Virus record (IMG/VR): IMGVR_UViG_3300029288_000057
Span: 226,887 to 290,886 of that record
Source: a virus
Lineage: Duplodnaviria > Caudoviricetes
Direction: 5' to 3' (one strand)
DNA: 64,000 bases
This document shows, one piece after another, positions 49,387 to 59,229 of the stretch. Each line of letters opens with the position of its first letter. Within the stretch, counting starts at the first letter, position 1. The translations under genes were made by a program, and so were the position numbers. The notes below the pieces were generated by a model that ran no database searches, had not been told where the DNA came from, and saw only the letters and a program-made list of their open reading frames with translations.

Positions 49387-49427
49387 GTTTCTATTATATT
49401 ATACGGATTTATTGCAAAAATGTTTCA
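49387..49427 (-). promoter_or_regulatory. ECF-like promoter TGAAAC-N16-CGTATAATATAATAGAAAC
   Basis: 17/19 identity to 34642-34660 and the same spacing to AAC. Confidence 0.65.
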
Positions 49428-49449
49428 AATAAAATAAGTTATTTTTCAT

Positions 49450-49480
49450 TTTGATATTATTATTTTTTTCACTACCTTTG
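49450..49480 (+). promoter_or_regulatory. Bacteroidota sigmaA promoter TTTG-N19-TACCTTTG
   Basis: Consensus match ending 17 nt upstream of the polA-like ATG. Confidence 0.7.
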
Positions 49481-49496
49481 CCTCAAATGCGTTGGA

Positions 49497-51134
49497 ATGT
49501 ATATTTGTAAGATTATAGCAGAGATAAGGGAAGATTTTGAGTTTTTACGTGAATATGTGAGTAAATATCCTGTAAAACTTTCAACGTCGTATGATGAAGA
49601 TTTTGAAGAAAACGTTCCGATTCTTATTATTGGATGGTCTGTGGTAAAAAATAGGTTTAAAGGCCACAATATCCTTGACAAATCAATCGATAGTTTTGTT
49701 GAGTGGGGATTCAGTAAAACTGAGAAGGAAGAAGATTACAACATAACCGTTGAAAGATTTATAAATAAATCTGTAAAGAATTGGCTCCCAAAGGAATTTT
49801 TGTTGTTTGACCCCCTTTTTCAAAGTAAAACTTTTATTGACTTTGTTTCAGAAGACTTAAATCTTCAAAAGCAATCTTATTTATATTTTCACAAAGACGC
49901 CTTGTATATTAACAATGATGGTAAAAATTTTATATTGAACATAAAATCATTCGAAGCTGTTTATGGCGATTACAAAAAAACAATAACGGAGTTTATAAAT
50001 AAAATAAAATGTTTGTGTCTTTCATACAGAAACATAGCTGATTATGTTGATTTGGACAGTTTGGGTTGTGTTTATACATTCGAGAATGCAAGGTGGGTTC
50101 AATACAATAAAGAGGTTGACGAGTCTTATTTTAACATAATTCCTGGGTTTGATATAAAAAAATACATTCCGTTTATAATGAGTAAGGTTTCCAATTTCGA
50201 ATTCTCTGATGATGAAAAAAAGAGCTTAAGAAGGGCGTGTGAAAAGGATAATATAACGCAATGGTTATCGTCTTTGAAATTGAACATGTCAAAGAAATTT
50301 AAAAAAACGGGAGTTGATATAACAATAGTTGGAGAAAACAGGTTGGCAAAAGTGTCTTACTCAAACAAAAGAACATTAACTGGGAGAATTGTCTCTAATG
50401 GTGCATATAACCCCCAGAATTTGGACAAAAAGACTGAGGAACGGGAAAACATCATTTCAAGGTTTGACGGCGGTAAAATCGTTGTATTCGATTATATGTC
50501 ATTTGAGGCCAGGATTGCTTTATATTTTTGTGAAGACAAAGATTTTATTGAAAAATTCCACAAAAGCGACATTCACATGCATACTGCAAGAATTATCTTT
50601 GGGGATGTGTTTATTTCTCCAGAGAACAGATTATTTGCAAAAAACATAAACCATCAAATATTATATAGTGCGTCTAAAAACTCTATAATGCAACAAATAT
50701 CTTATTTAAGCAATCCAGAGGAAGTGTATTATAAAATAAGATTGTTTTTGGCACCGCTACTTAGAAAGGCAGACTCAGTATACGCCGCATATAAAGAAAA
50801 GGAATATGTAATAAACCCCTGGGGGACAATTGTGAGACCAGAAAAGGATTGGGCAAGTTTTAACAATTTCATTCAATCTTCGGCTGTTGAAATTATCGTA
50901 GACCAATTATATAAAATTAAAAAATTTATGGCTGACAAACAGAGTCAATTCCTGTTTCAAGTTCACGACTCTCTAATATTTGACATTAGTCCCCAAGAGC
51001 CCACTATTGTAAGGGAGTTGGCAAAATTAATAATGTATTATAACGGTATGTTTTTTAACATAAGTTATAGTAGCGGATATGATTATAAAAACTTAAGTGT
51101 TCCAATAGAGGTTGTAGAATATAAATGCAAATAA
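49497..51134 (+). CDS. Family A (PolA-like) DNA polymerase, divergent and short
   Basis: TLTGRI...NPQN, motif A FDYMSFEARI, motif B R..AK.IN..ILY, N..IQS and motif C QVHDSL. Confidence 0.85.
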   Translation: MYICKIIAEIREDFEFLREYVSKYPVKLSTSYDEDFEENVPILIIGWSVVKNRFKGHNILDKSIDSFVEWGFSKTEKEEDYNITVERFINKSVKNWLPKEFLLFDPLFQSKTFIDFVSEDLNLQKQSYLYFHKDALYINNDGKNFILNIKSFEAVYGDYKKTITEFINKIKCLCLSYRNIADYVDLDSLGCVYTFENARWVQYNKEVDESYFNIIPGFDIKKYIPFIMSKVSNFEFSDDEKKSLRRACEKDNITQWLSSLKLNMSKKFKKTGVDITIVGENRLAKVSYSNKRTLTGRIVSNGAYNPQNLDKKTEERENIISRFDGGKIVVFDYMSFEARIALYFCEDKDFIEKFHKSDIHMHTARIIFGDVFISPENRLFAKNINHQILYSASKNSIMQQISYLSNPEEVYYKIRLFLAPLLRKADSVYAAYKEKEYVINPWGTIVRPEKDWASFNNFIQSSAVEIIVDQLYKIKKFMADKQSQFLFQVHDSLIFDISPQEPTIVRELAKLIMYYNGMFFNISYSSGYDYKNLSVPIEVVEYKCK

Positions 51135-51205
51135 AAATTGAATTTTGCTTGTATTTGTAAATAATTTTTTATATATTTGCTTATAATTTTAAATCAAACA
51201 AAGAC

Positions 51206-51571
51206 ATGGGAAAAATCATTTATTACGTTAAGAAAAAAATCGGAAAAGAAGTACACACCTTTGAGGTGGAAGGAAAAAACCTACACGAAGTTGTAATGGA
51301 AGCAAAAAAATTATCATTTAATGATGTGCATACATGTGGATTATGTAACAGCGATGACCTTGAGCTATCTGCTCATGTAACAGAAGGTGATGGATTTGAT
51401 TACACATACATAAGGTGTAAGAAATGTAGGGCTACATTAAATTTCGGACAACAAAAGAAAAACGATGACGTTTATTATCTTAGGACAACTGAGATTACAT
51501 CAGGAGATTACAAAGGACAAAAAGCTTATGATTGGAAGGCGTTTGTTCCAAACACACAAGGACAGAAATAA
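51206..51571 (+). CDS. Zinc-ribbon hypothetical protein
   Basis: CGLC...CKKC motifs; TATATTTG at 51172. Confidence 0.65.
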   Translation: MGKIIYYVKKKIGKEVHTFEVEGKNLHEVVMEAKKLSFNDVHTCGLCNSDDLELSAHVTEGDGFDYTYIRCKKCRATLNFGQQKKNDDVYYLRTTEITSGDYKGQKAYDWKAFVPNTQGQK

Positions 51572-51595
51572 ATAATAATTATATAAACAAACTTT

Positions 51596-52651
51596 ATGGC
51601 AAAGAAAATTAAAGACGATGACTTGCCTCTGGGCGAGGACCAACCAACCACAGACAATACAAAAGAAGTGGAAAAAACTGCAGGGGAACTTAAGCACCCT
51701 GTTATAAGAAAAAAATTTACTGGGCTTAGCGATTACAAGGCAAAGAACAACATTAAGGAAATGGAATACAAACCACAAGAGTGGATTGATATGAGTCCTG
51801 CATTTAAAGAAATAACAAGACTTCCAGGAATTCCAATGGGGCACGTTATTATGAATTATGGAAAAAGTGATACAGGGAAAACGACTATGTTGATTGAGGC
51901 TGGTGCTTATGCACAAAAACAAGGTGTTCTTCCAGTTTTAGTGTTGACAGAAAATAAATTTAGTTGGGAAAGAGCAGAAACGATGGGTCTTTCTAAAGAT
52001 GAATGTATCGTTTTTGAAGGAATACAAACTATTGAAGATGGTGTGCATGAATTAGATTTAGTTCTGAGAAAACAAGAAAAAGGTGAATTGAATTATGATT
52101 TACTTTTACTTTGGGATAGTATTGGAATGACTCCTACCAAGGCGGAGTGGGATGCACAGCAAGAAGAAGATGGTGATGGTACCACAGCGATGATGATTGC
52201 AGCTAAAGTTATTAGGGCAAAATTCACAAGGTTCCTGGGACCAAAGATTAACAACACAAGAAAAAAAGAATGCCCATTTACAAACACTTTGTTGGTTGTA
52301 AATCATGCATATTCAGCCCCGCCAAAGAGGCCAGCAACGATAGGAACGCTTGAACCTTATGGTGGAGATGGACTCTATCTTGTATCCACATTAGTCTTTA
52401 GACAAGGTGGTGTTGCAGGACGTTCATCTAAAGTAAAGGCAACAAAAGATAAGGTAGATGTTGCATTTGCCATTAAATCTGCTCTTGTTGTTGACAAAAA
52501 CCATATCACAAACGTTTTGGCTAGTGGCAACATTGTTTGTACTGACCACGGATTCATTCTTGAGTCGGATATTGATGCTTATAAAAAGCAATATAGAGAT
52601 GGTTGGGATTTGGAATTTGACAGATATTGGAAAGAAATATCAGATAATTAA
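51596..52651 (+). CDS. RecA/UvsX-like recombinase
   Basis: GIPMG....GKSDTGKTT Walker A, LLWDSIG Walker B, VVNH, YGG and DKNH. Confidence 0.88.
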   Translation: MAKKIKDDDLPLGEDQPTTDNTKEVEKTAGELKHPVIRKKFTGLSDYKAKNNIKEMEYKPQEWIDMSPAFKEITRLPGIPMGHVIMNYGKSDTGKTTMLIEAGAYAQKQGVLPVLVLTENKFSWERAETMGLSKDECIVFEGIQTIEDGVHELDLVLRKQEKGELNYDLLLLWDSIGMTPTKAEWDAQQEEDGDGTTAMMIAAKVIRAKFTRFLGPKINNTRKKECPFTNTLLVVNHAYSAPPKRPATIGTLEPYGGDGLYLVSTLVFRQGGVAGRSSKVKATKDKVDVAFAIKSALVVDKNHITNVLASGNIVCTDHGFILESDIDAYKKQYRDGWDLEFDRYWKEISDN

Positions 52652-52657
52652 AATTTT

Positions 52658-52720
52658 ATGAAAACACTTTTGGTAGATAATGAAATTTTTGGATATTTAT
52701 TATTAACCAAAAGTGTTTAA
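52658..52720 (+). pseudogene. Orphan N-terminus of the 5'-3' exonuclease (MKTLLVD...)
   Basis: Matches MSTKTLIVDG at 53639. Confidence 0.6.
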
Positions 52721-52721
52721 A

Positions 52722-53642
52722 ATGAAAAAAGAGAGAAAAAATAAAAATTACTGGACTAATGAAAAATGTGTTATTGAAGCACTTAAGTATAATAAAAGGT
52801 CACAATTTAAACGTTATTCTTGCGGTGCTTATGTAGCTTGTAAAAGGCACGGGTGGTTAGACAATGTGTGTTCTCATATGAAGCACATTGGAAATAGATT
52901 TAATAGATTAGTATATGTTTATGAGTTTGATGACAAAAGCGTATATATTGGATTAACTTTTGATATAAACGAGCGAGACAAGAAGCACAAAAGAGACAGA
53001 AGAAGTAGTGTTTATAAGCACATTAAAAAAACAAATTTAACCCCAAAACTCACATATTCAAAATTTATGAATATAGAAGATGCAAAAAAAACTGAAGCAC
53101 TAACAATTGAAAAATACAAAGACCAAGAGTTTACAATCTTGAACATTTCAAAAGCTGGTGGTGTTGGAGGGGGATATTTAAAATGGACTTTTGAGAAGTG
53201 TAAAGAAGAGGCTTTAAAGTGTAAAACTAGAAAAGAATTTTATAAAAAAAGCAATAGTGCTTACAACTCTGCAAGGAGGTACGGGTGGATGGATGAAGTG
53301 TGTAGTCATATGCCAAAAGAAAATAAGTATAAAAAGGGATATTGGACAAGAGAACGATGTGAAGAAGAAGTGAAAAAATATAAAGCGAGAGACGAAATTT
53401 ATAAAAAAAGTCCTGGGGCTTATATGGCAATGATTAGAAATGGTTGGTTAAACATTATCTGTTCTCATTTAAAAACAAAAAAACCAAATGGGTATTGGAC
53501 TTTAGAAAGATGTAAAAACGAGGCATTAAAGTACAATTCTAAAAAAGATTTTGTAAAAAACAGTGGTGGTGCTTATAGGACTGCAATAGATAATAAATGG
53601 ATAAACATTATATGTTATCACATGAAAAAACAAATCAAATGA
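52722..53642 (+). CDS. GIY-YIG homing endonuclease with WT.E.C..EA.KY repeats
   Basis: LVYVYEF....VYIGLT....R..H...E....LN, four WT.E.C repeats, TATTTAT at 52694. Confidence 0.8.
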   Translation: MKKERKNKNYWTNEKCVIEALKYNKRSQFKRYSCGAYVACKRHGWLDNVCSHMKHIGNRFNRLVYVYEFDDKSVYIGLTFDINERDKKHKRDRRSSVYKHIKKTNLTPKLTYSKFMNIEDAKKTEALTIEKYKDQEFTILNISKAGGVGGGYLKWTFEKCKEEALKCKTRKEFYKKSNSAYNSARRYGWMDEVCSHMPKENKYKKGYWTRERCEEEVKKYKARDEIYKKSPGAYMAMIRNGWLNIICSHLKTKKPNGYWTLERCKNEALKYNSKKDFVKNSGGAYRTAIDNKWINIICYHMKKQIK

Positions 53643-54664
53643 GCACTAAAACGTTGATAGTGGACGGACAGTGGTGTTTGAAAAAGAATTTCCACAAAAG
53701 GAAAAATTTGGAAGCAAATGGGCGCCTCTGCGGGGGCTCATTTGGTTTTCTTGACAGCTTGAGGTCTGTAATAAATAAAGTAATGCCAGATAGGATTGTG
53801 GTTATGTGGGATGGGTTTAATTCTGGTAAATTAAGATATGAAATTTACAAACCATACAAGGCAAATAGAAAAAAAGATTGGGATGCTGAATATCATGCGA
53901 TTTCTACGGATGGAATGGAATCCCCAGAGGACAAAGAAAAAGTAGAAATAGTCATTCAAAAAAGTGTTGTGAATAAATTTTTGGAAGAATTTTGCATCAG
54001 ATTTTTAGAAGTGAAATATATAGAGGCAGATGATTTAATTGCTTATTATATCTTAAACAGCACAATACCAGACGAAGAAATAATTATATACAGTAGAGAT
54101 AAAGATTTTCCCCAACTTATAAGTCCAAAAGTATCAATATTAAACCCTGATAATTTTGAATTGGTTACTATACATAATTTTAAAAAGACATATGGTTATC
54201 CAGTAGAAAATGCTCTTTTATTTAAATGTTTTAACGGGGATTCTTCTGATAAAATACAAGGGGTTAGCGGGGTTACTCCCGAATCATTATTGGAACATTT
54301 CCCAAGGATGGCCGAAGAGAAGTATATGTATAATCGTCTTGTAGAAGAATGTTACAACAAAAAAAGAGAGAAAAAATTAAAATTTTATGATAAGATTATA
54401 GATGCCAGGAGTGTTTTATACAGAAACGCTGAACTGATGAATCTTAAAAAGCCTTTTGTAAACGAAGAAGTAAAGAAAGAGATGCAGAGAATAATCTATG
54501 AACCAATAGATAATAAAAATTTTTCAATAAAATCTGCAATGAGCTTGTTTGTTAACAATGGATTTACTAAATTTGTAAAAAATGAGCATTTTGATTTATT
54601 CTTTGCTCCATTTTTTAGAATCATAAACAAAGAAGGGGAATACAGGACAAATTTAAAAAACTAA
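53639..54664 (+). CDS. 5'-3' exonuclease / RNase H (PolI N-domain-like)
   Basis: LIVDG, WDG, R...Y.PYKANR, EADDLIA, S.DKDF.QL and GD.SDKIQGV.G. Confidence 0.92.
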   Translation: MSTKTLIVDGQWCLKKNFHKRKNLEANGRLCGGSFGFLDSLRSVINKVMPDRIVVMWDGFNSGKLRYEIYKPYKANRKKDWDAEYHAISTDGMESPEDKEKVEIVIQKSVVNKFLEEFCIRFLEVKYIEADDLIAYYILNSTIPDEEIIIYSRDKDFPQLISPKVSILNPDNFELVTIHNFKKTYGYPVENALLFKCFNGDSSDKIQGVSGVTPESLLEHFPRMAEEKYMYNRLVEECYNKKREKKLKFYDKIIDARSVLYRNAELMNLKKPFVNEEVKKEMQRIIYEPIDNKNFSIKSAMSLFVNNGFTKFVKNEHFDLFFAPFFRIINKEGEYRTNLKN

Positions 54665-54668
54665 GACT

Positions 54669-55082
54669 ATGGATTCGACAAATGAAAAATTAGTTTTTCA
54701 ACTTGAAAACAAAGACAAAAAAGAAACAGTTTATCAATACGAAGTAGGGTTAACAGAGTTTCAAAGAGAAATTCTTAAAGATGAAAACATAAGTTTCTTC
54801 TATACATTTAAAGATATTTCTTTAGAGTTAGAAGATAAGTTAACTTATAAAATAACTCAAAACACTGACTGTGATGAATACACAATGGATTTCATCATAA
54901 AGTTTTCCGATAAAATTCTACACAAAATTTCTTTTGACACTCCCATGAGAATTGACGAGTATGCAGTTGAAATAAACGAAATGGCTTTATATTTCCTTTT
55001 TGAGAAATTAGCTAAAATTATGGTTGATAAGATATCAGAAGAACATAAAAACATCATACTGTCAAATATCGAGAAGAAATAA
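54669..55082 (+). CDS. Hypothetical protein
   Basis: 137-aa ORF in operon context. Confidence 0.6.
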   Translation: MDSTNEKLVFQLENKDKKETVYQYEVGLTEFQREILKDENISFFYTFKDISLELEDKLTYKITQNTDCDEYTMDFIIKFSDKILHKISFDTPMRIDEYAVEINEMALYFLFEKLAKIMVDKISEEHKNIILSNIEKK

Positions 55083-55083
55083 A

Positions 55084-56541
55084 ATGACACCCTACAAGAA
55101 AAATAAAAACTTACATGAAGATATTTTGTCATTTATTAATGAGAACATAGATGTTTTTGAACCAAACTATCAATCAAAATTTTTAAAAGTTTTTATTGAT
55201 GATAAAAAGAACTGGGCTCAACAAATAATTGACATTGTGTTTCCAGAATATTTTGATGGGTTTCATAAAGTTTTGGTAGATTATGAAATGGAATTCTTTA
55301 ATAAATATAGAGTTCCTGCAGATTATGATGACCTTAAGGAAATGGTTAACGACAAAGAAAAAGATGAACTTTTAAAAGAACACATATACGGACTTATTGA
55401 TAAAATAAAGGAATTAGAAATAGACCCACAAAAAAGTGATTCCATTAAAGAAAGAGCATATAAATATTTTAAATCACAAAAAGTAAAAAGCACCCTTATT
55501 GAATGTGCTGTTGATTGGAAGAAAAACACTTTTGATGGAATTAAGGGTAAAATGGAAGATGCTTTAAAAGCAGGAGAACCAAAAGATTCTGGACATGATT
55601 ATGTTCGTGATATTAAAAAAAGATTAAGAAAAGATTTTAGAAATCCAGTTTCCATATTGCCAGGATTGGATGAACACATTGGGAAAGGCGTTGCATCTGG
55701 AGAGTTGTTTGTGGTAATAGCTCCCACTGGCGGTGGAAAATCCATGATGCTTGTCAGAAACGGGGTTGCAGCGTTAAAAGCTGGAAAAAAGGTTATTTAC
55801 TTTACGTTAGAATTATCAGAAGAAATTGTTGGGCAAAGATTTGATGCGTGCTTTAACAACATTCCTCTTAATAAGGTGGAGTATTTCGAAGAGCTTATTG
55901 CAGAAACAGCAAATGAATTTAAAGTTAACCTTAAAATTAAAAAATTTGCTGATGGAACTGCAACGATAAATACTCTTTATGCTCATTTAGACTGGTTAAA
56001 GTGTAATGAAAATTTCATTCCAGAAATTATCATTGTTGACTATGCAGACAATATGAAAGCGTTGCAAAAGGGAGAGCTGTTAAGACACGAACTGGTTGAC
56101 ATTTATAGAGCACTACGAGCAATGGCAGATGAATTTAATGTTCCAGTTCTTACTGCATCACAGACTTCGGGAGACGGCTATTCAAAAAAAGAAATCGATA
56201 TGGGAATGACTGCTGAAGCAAAAGCAAAAAACAACATTGCCGATATAGTAATTGGGTTTGGTAGAGACGATATGCAAGTAAGAGATGGTAAGGCAACATT
56301 AAAAATACTAAAAAACAGAAATGGAGCAATAGGCAGAATATTGGAGCTAACATTTGACTCAAGAGTACTGATGATTGAAGTAATAACACCAGTTGGATAT
56401 ACTAAAGTTGAAAAGGGGGCAATGATTGGTGCAGAATCTTCGAAAGTGAAAGCAAAAGATGCAAAAAATATTGGCAGTTACATGAGCAATGTGGCTAAAA
56501 CACTGGATAATCAGAGTTTTACGCCAGAAGTAAAAGATTAG
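55084..56541 (+). CDS. Replicative helicase, DnaB/gp41-like
   Basis: GELFV.IAPTGGGKS, YFTLEL, IIVDYAD, TASQ and KNRNG. Confidence 0.92.
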   Translation: MTPYKKNKNLHEDILSFINENIDVFEPNYQSKFLKVFIDDKKNWAQQIIDIVFPEYFDGFHKVLVDYEMEFFNKYRVPADYDDLKEMVNDKEKDELLKEHIYGLIDKIKELEIDPQKSDSIKERAYKYFKSQKVKSTLIECAVDWKKNTFDGIKGKMEDALKAGEPKDSGHDYVRDIKKRLRKDFRNPVSILPGLDEHIGKGVASGELFVVIAPTGGGKSMMLVRNGVAALKAGKKVIYFTLELSEEIVGQRFDACFNNIPLNKVEYFEELIAETANEFKVNLKIKKFADGTATINTLYAHLDWLKCNENFIPEIIIVDYADNMKALQKGELLRHELVDIYRALRAMADEFNVPVLTASQTSGDGYSKKEIDMGMTAEAKAKNNIADIVIGFGRDDMQVRDGKATLKILKNRNGAIGRILELTFDSRVLMIEVITPVGYTKVEKGAMIGAESSKVKAKDAKNIGSYMSNVAKTLDNQSFTPEVKD

Positions 56542-56605
56542 AAAAAAGTATCAGAAATCAAAACTATTCTCTATTTATTAGGACAGCGAAAACATTATAA
56601 ATTTT

Positions 56606-59170
56606 ATGGAAATCAAAGAAAAAAAGGCACAGACAACACACTCAGAAGAAGACGTCATAAAAGCTAGTACAGAATATTTTAAAGGTGACACAATGGCAGC
56701 CACCGTTTGGATGAATAAATATGCCCTCAAAGATATCAATGGTAATATTTATGAACTTACTCCAGATGATATGCACAAAAGACTTGCAAAAGAATTTGCA
56801 AGAATTGAAAAAAAATATAAGAATCCATTATCAGAAGAAGAAATTTTTGAGTTGCTTGATGGGTTTAAATATATAATCCCAGGAGGAAGCCCAATGGCAG
56901 GAATTGGAAACAACAATCAAGTTGTATCAATTTCAAATTGTTTTGTTATTGGAAATGATATTGATGCTGACTCATATGGTGGAATTTTAAAACTAGACCA
57001 AGAATTAGTACAGCTTCAAAAAAGAAGAGGAGGAGTAGGGCTTGATTTATCATTTGTAAGACCAGAAGGTTCGGTTGTTTTAAACTCAGCTCTTACTTCC
57101 ACGGGAATTGTTCCTTTTATGGAAAGATATTCAAACTCCACTCGTGAGGTGGCACAGGATGGCCGAAGGGGAGCATTGATGGAATCAATTTCTATTGTTC
57201 ACCCAGATTCCGAAAAATTTATTGATGCAAAATTACAAGAAGGGAAAGTTACTGGCGCCAATGTGTCTGTTAAATTAACAGATGATTTTATGAAGGCCGC
57301 ATTAAAGGGTGAAAAATTTACACAGCAATATCCTATTGATTCAAAAAAACCAACTTTTACAAAAGAAATAGATGCTCAAAGTTTGTGGAAAAAAATTGTG
57401 TACAATGCATGGAAATCTGCGGAGCCTGGAGTGTTGTTTTGGGACACAGCAATACGTGAATCTGTGCCAGATTGCTATGCTGATTTAGGATTTAAAAGCG
57501 TCTCTACTAATCCATGCGGCGAAATAGTTTTATGTTCAAACGATTCATGTAGATTATTAGCAATTAATTTATATTCTTATGTAGATAATCCATTTACTCC
57601 CAGCGCAAAATTCAATGAGAAACTATTTATAAATCACGTTCACATGGCTCAAAGAATGATGGATGATATAGTAGATTTAGAGTTGGAAAAAATAGATGCA
57701 ATTTTGCGTAAAATTGAAAATGACCCAGAACCAGACAACATTAAAAGAACAGAAAGGGAACTTTGGGAAAAAATAAAAGAAAAAACAGAATTGGGAAGAC
57801 GTTCAGGATTGGGAATAACCGCAGAAGGAGATATGCTTGCTGCTCTGGGACTTATTTATGGAACTGACAAAGCAATCAACTTTGCAGTGAAGATTCAAAA
57901 ATTGTTAAAACTTGAAGCATACAGGAGCTCTGTTAATATGGCAAAAGAAAGAGGTTGTTTTGAAATTTGGGATATGAAGCGAGAAAAAAACAACCCATTT
58001 ATTCAAAGAATAAAAGATGAGGACGAAGATTTATATAAGGAAATGATGACTTACGGAAGAAGAAACATTGCTCTTCTTACAATTGCTCCGACAGGAAGTG
58101 TAAGTATAGTTACGCAAACCACGTCTGGAATTGAGCCAGTATTTCTATTAAATTATAAGAGAAGAAGAAAGATTAATCCACAAGAGAAAGATGCAAGGGT
58201 TGATTTTACTGATAAACAGGGAGATTGTTGGCAAGAATATCCAGTGTTCCACCACAAGTTTGATGTGTGGCTTCAGGCGAACGGGTATAACTTAGAGGAT
58301 GTTAAAAAAATGACGGATGAGGAAATTTCAAAAATCGTAGAAAAATCACCATATTATAAAGCAACATCCGCTGATGTTGACTGGGTAAAGAAGGTTGAGA
58401 TGCAGGGAAAAATGCAGAAACACGTTGACCACTCCATTTCTGTTACCGTAAATTTACCAAATGAGGTCACAGAAGAGTTGGTCGCTAAGGTTTATGAAAC
58501 TGGATGGAAAGTTGGATGTAAAGGGCTGACTGTTTATAGAGATGGCAGTAGAAGCGGCGTTTTGATTTCCAACAAAGAAGAAAAACCTAAAAAAACATTT
58601 GAAAGTCATGCAGTAAAAAGGCCAAAAACAGTTAATGCTGATGTGTGGACGTTCCAAAATAATTATGAAAAATGGGTTGCTATAGTTGGAAAAGTTTCAC
58701 CAGCAGAAGGTATAGATGAAATGCCATATGAATTATTCACTGGTAGACTTGATTCTTTCCCAATTCCATCATATGTTGAAAAGGGACAAGTTATTAAAAG
58801 AAGAATAAAAGATAAAAAAGGACAAGATATTTCTGTATATGATTTTAGATATGTGGATAAAGATGGGTATCCAGTTGAGATGGCTGGACTTTCTCGTGCT
58901 TTTAATGAAGAATATTGGAACTATGCAAAGTTGATTTCAGCCATTTTAAGACATGGAATGCCTATGCATTATGTTGTGGCGCTTATTGGAGGGCTAAAGC
59001 TCAAGGGAGACTCTTTAAATACGTGGAAAAACGGAGTTGATAGAACATTTAGAAGATATATAAAAGATGGAACCATTAGCCAGGACACATGTGAGGTGTG
59101 TGGCGCAAAACTAATGTATGTTGAGGGGTGCTTAAAATGCAATTCTTGCGGGCAATATTCGAAATGTTAA
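56606..59170 (+). CDS. nrdJ: Adenosylcobalamin-dependent (class II) ribonucleotide reductase
   Basis: SNCFV, RRGGVG, GRRGALM, AEPG, TNPCGE, SCRL, TIAPTG, SGIEP, G.TVYRDGSR and a C-terminal Zn ribbon; no nrdB nearby. Confidence 0.9.
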   Translation: MEIKEKKAQTTHSEEDVIKASTEYFKGDTMAATVWMNKYALKDINGNIYELTPDDMHKRLAKEFARIEKKYKNPLSEEEIFELLDGFKYIIPGGSPMAGIGNNNQVVSISNCFVIGNDIDADSYGGILKLDQELVQLQKRRGGVGLDLSFVRPEGSVVLNSALTSTGIVPFMERYSNSTREVAQDGRRGALMESISIVHPDSEKFIDAKLQEGKVTGANVSVKLTDDFMKAALKGEKFTQQYPIDSKKPTFTKEIDAQSLWKKIVYNAWKSAEPGVLFWDTAIRESVPDCYADLGFKSVSTNPCGEIVLCSNDSCRLLAINLYSYVDNPFTPSAKFNEKLFINHVHMAQRMMDDIVDLELEKIDAILRKIENDPEPDNIKRTERELWEKIKEKTELGRRSGLGITAEGDMLAALGLIYGTDKAINFAVKIQKLLKLEAYRSSVNMAKERGCFEIWDMKREKNNPFIQRIKDEDEDLYKEMMTYGRRNIALLTIAPTGSVSIVTQTTSGIEPVFLLNYKRRRKINPQEKDARVDFTDKQGDCWQEYPVFHHKFDVWLQANGYNLEDVKKMTDEEISKIVEKSPYYKATSADVDWVKKVEMQGKMQKHVDHSISVTVNLPNEVTEELVAKVYETGWKVGCKGLTVYRDGSRSGVLISNKEEKPKKTFESHAVKRPKTVNADVWTFQNNYEKWVAIVGKVSPAEGIDEMPYELFTGRLDSFPIPSYVEKGQVIKRRIKDKKGQDISVYDFRYVDKDGYPVEMAGLSRAFNEEYWNYAKLISAILRHGMPMHYVVALIGGLKLKGDSLNTWKNGVDRTFRRYIKDGTISQDTCEVCGAKLMYVEGCLKCNSCGQYSKC

Positions 59171-59229
59171 GCCTTTTGATACTATGTAATAATAATAAAA
59201 AAATTACATATTTATATTAAATATGTTTT

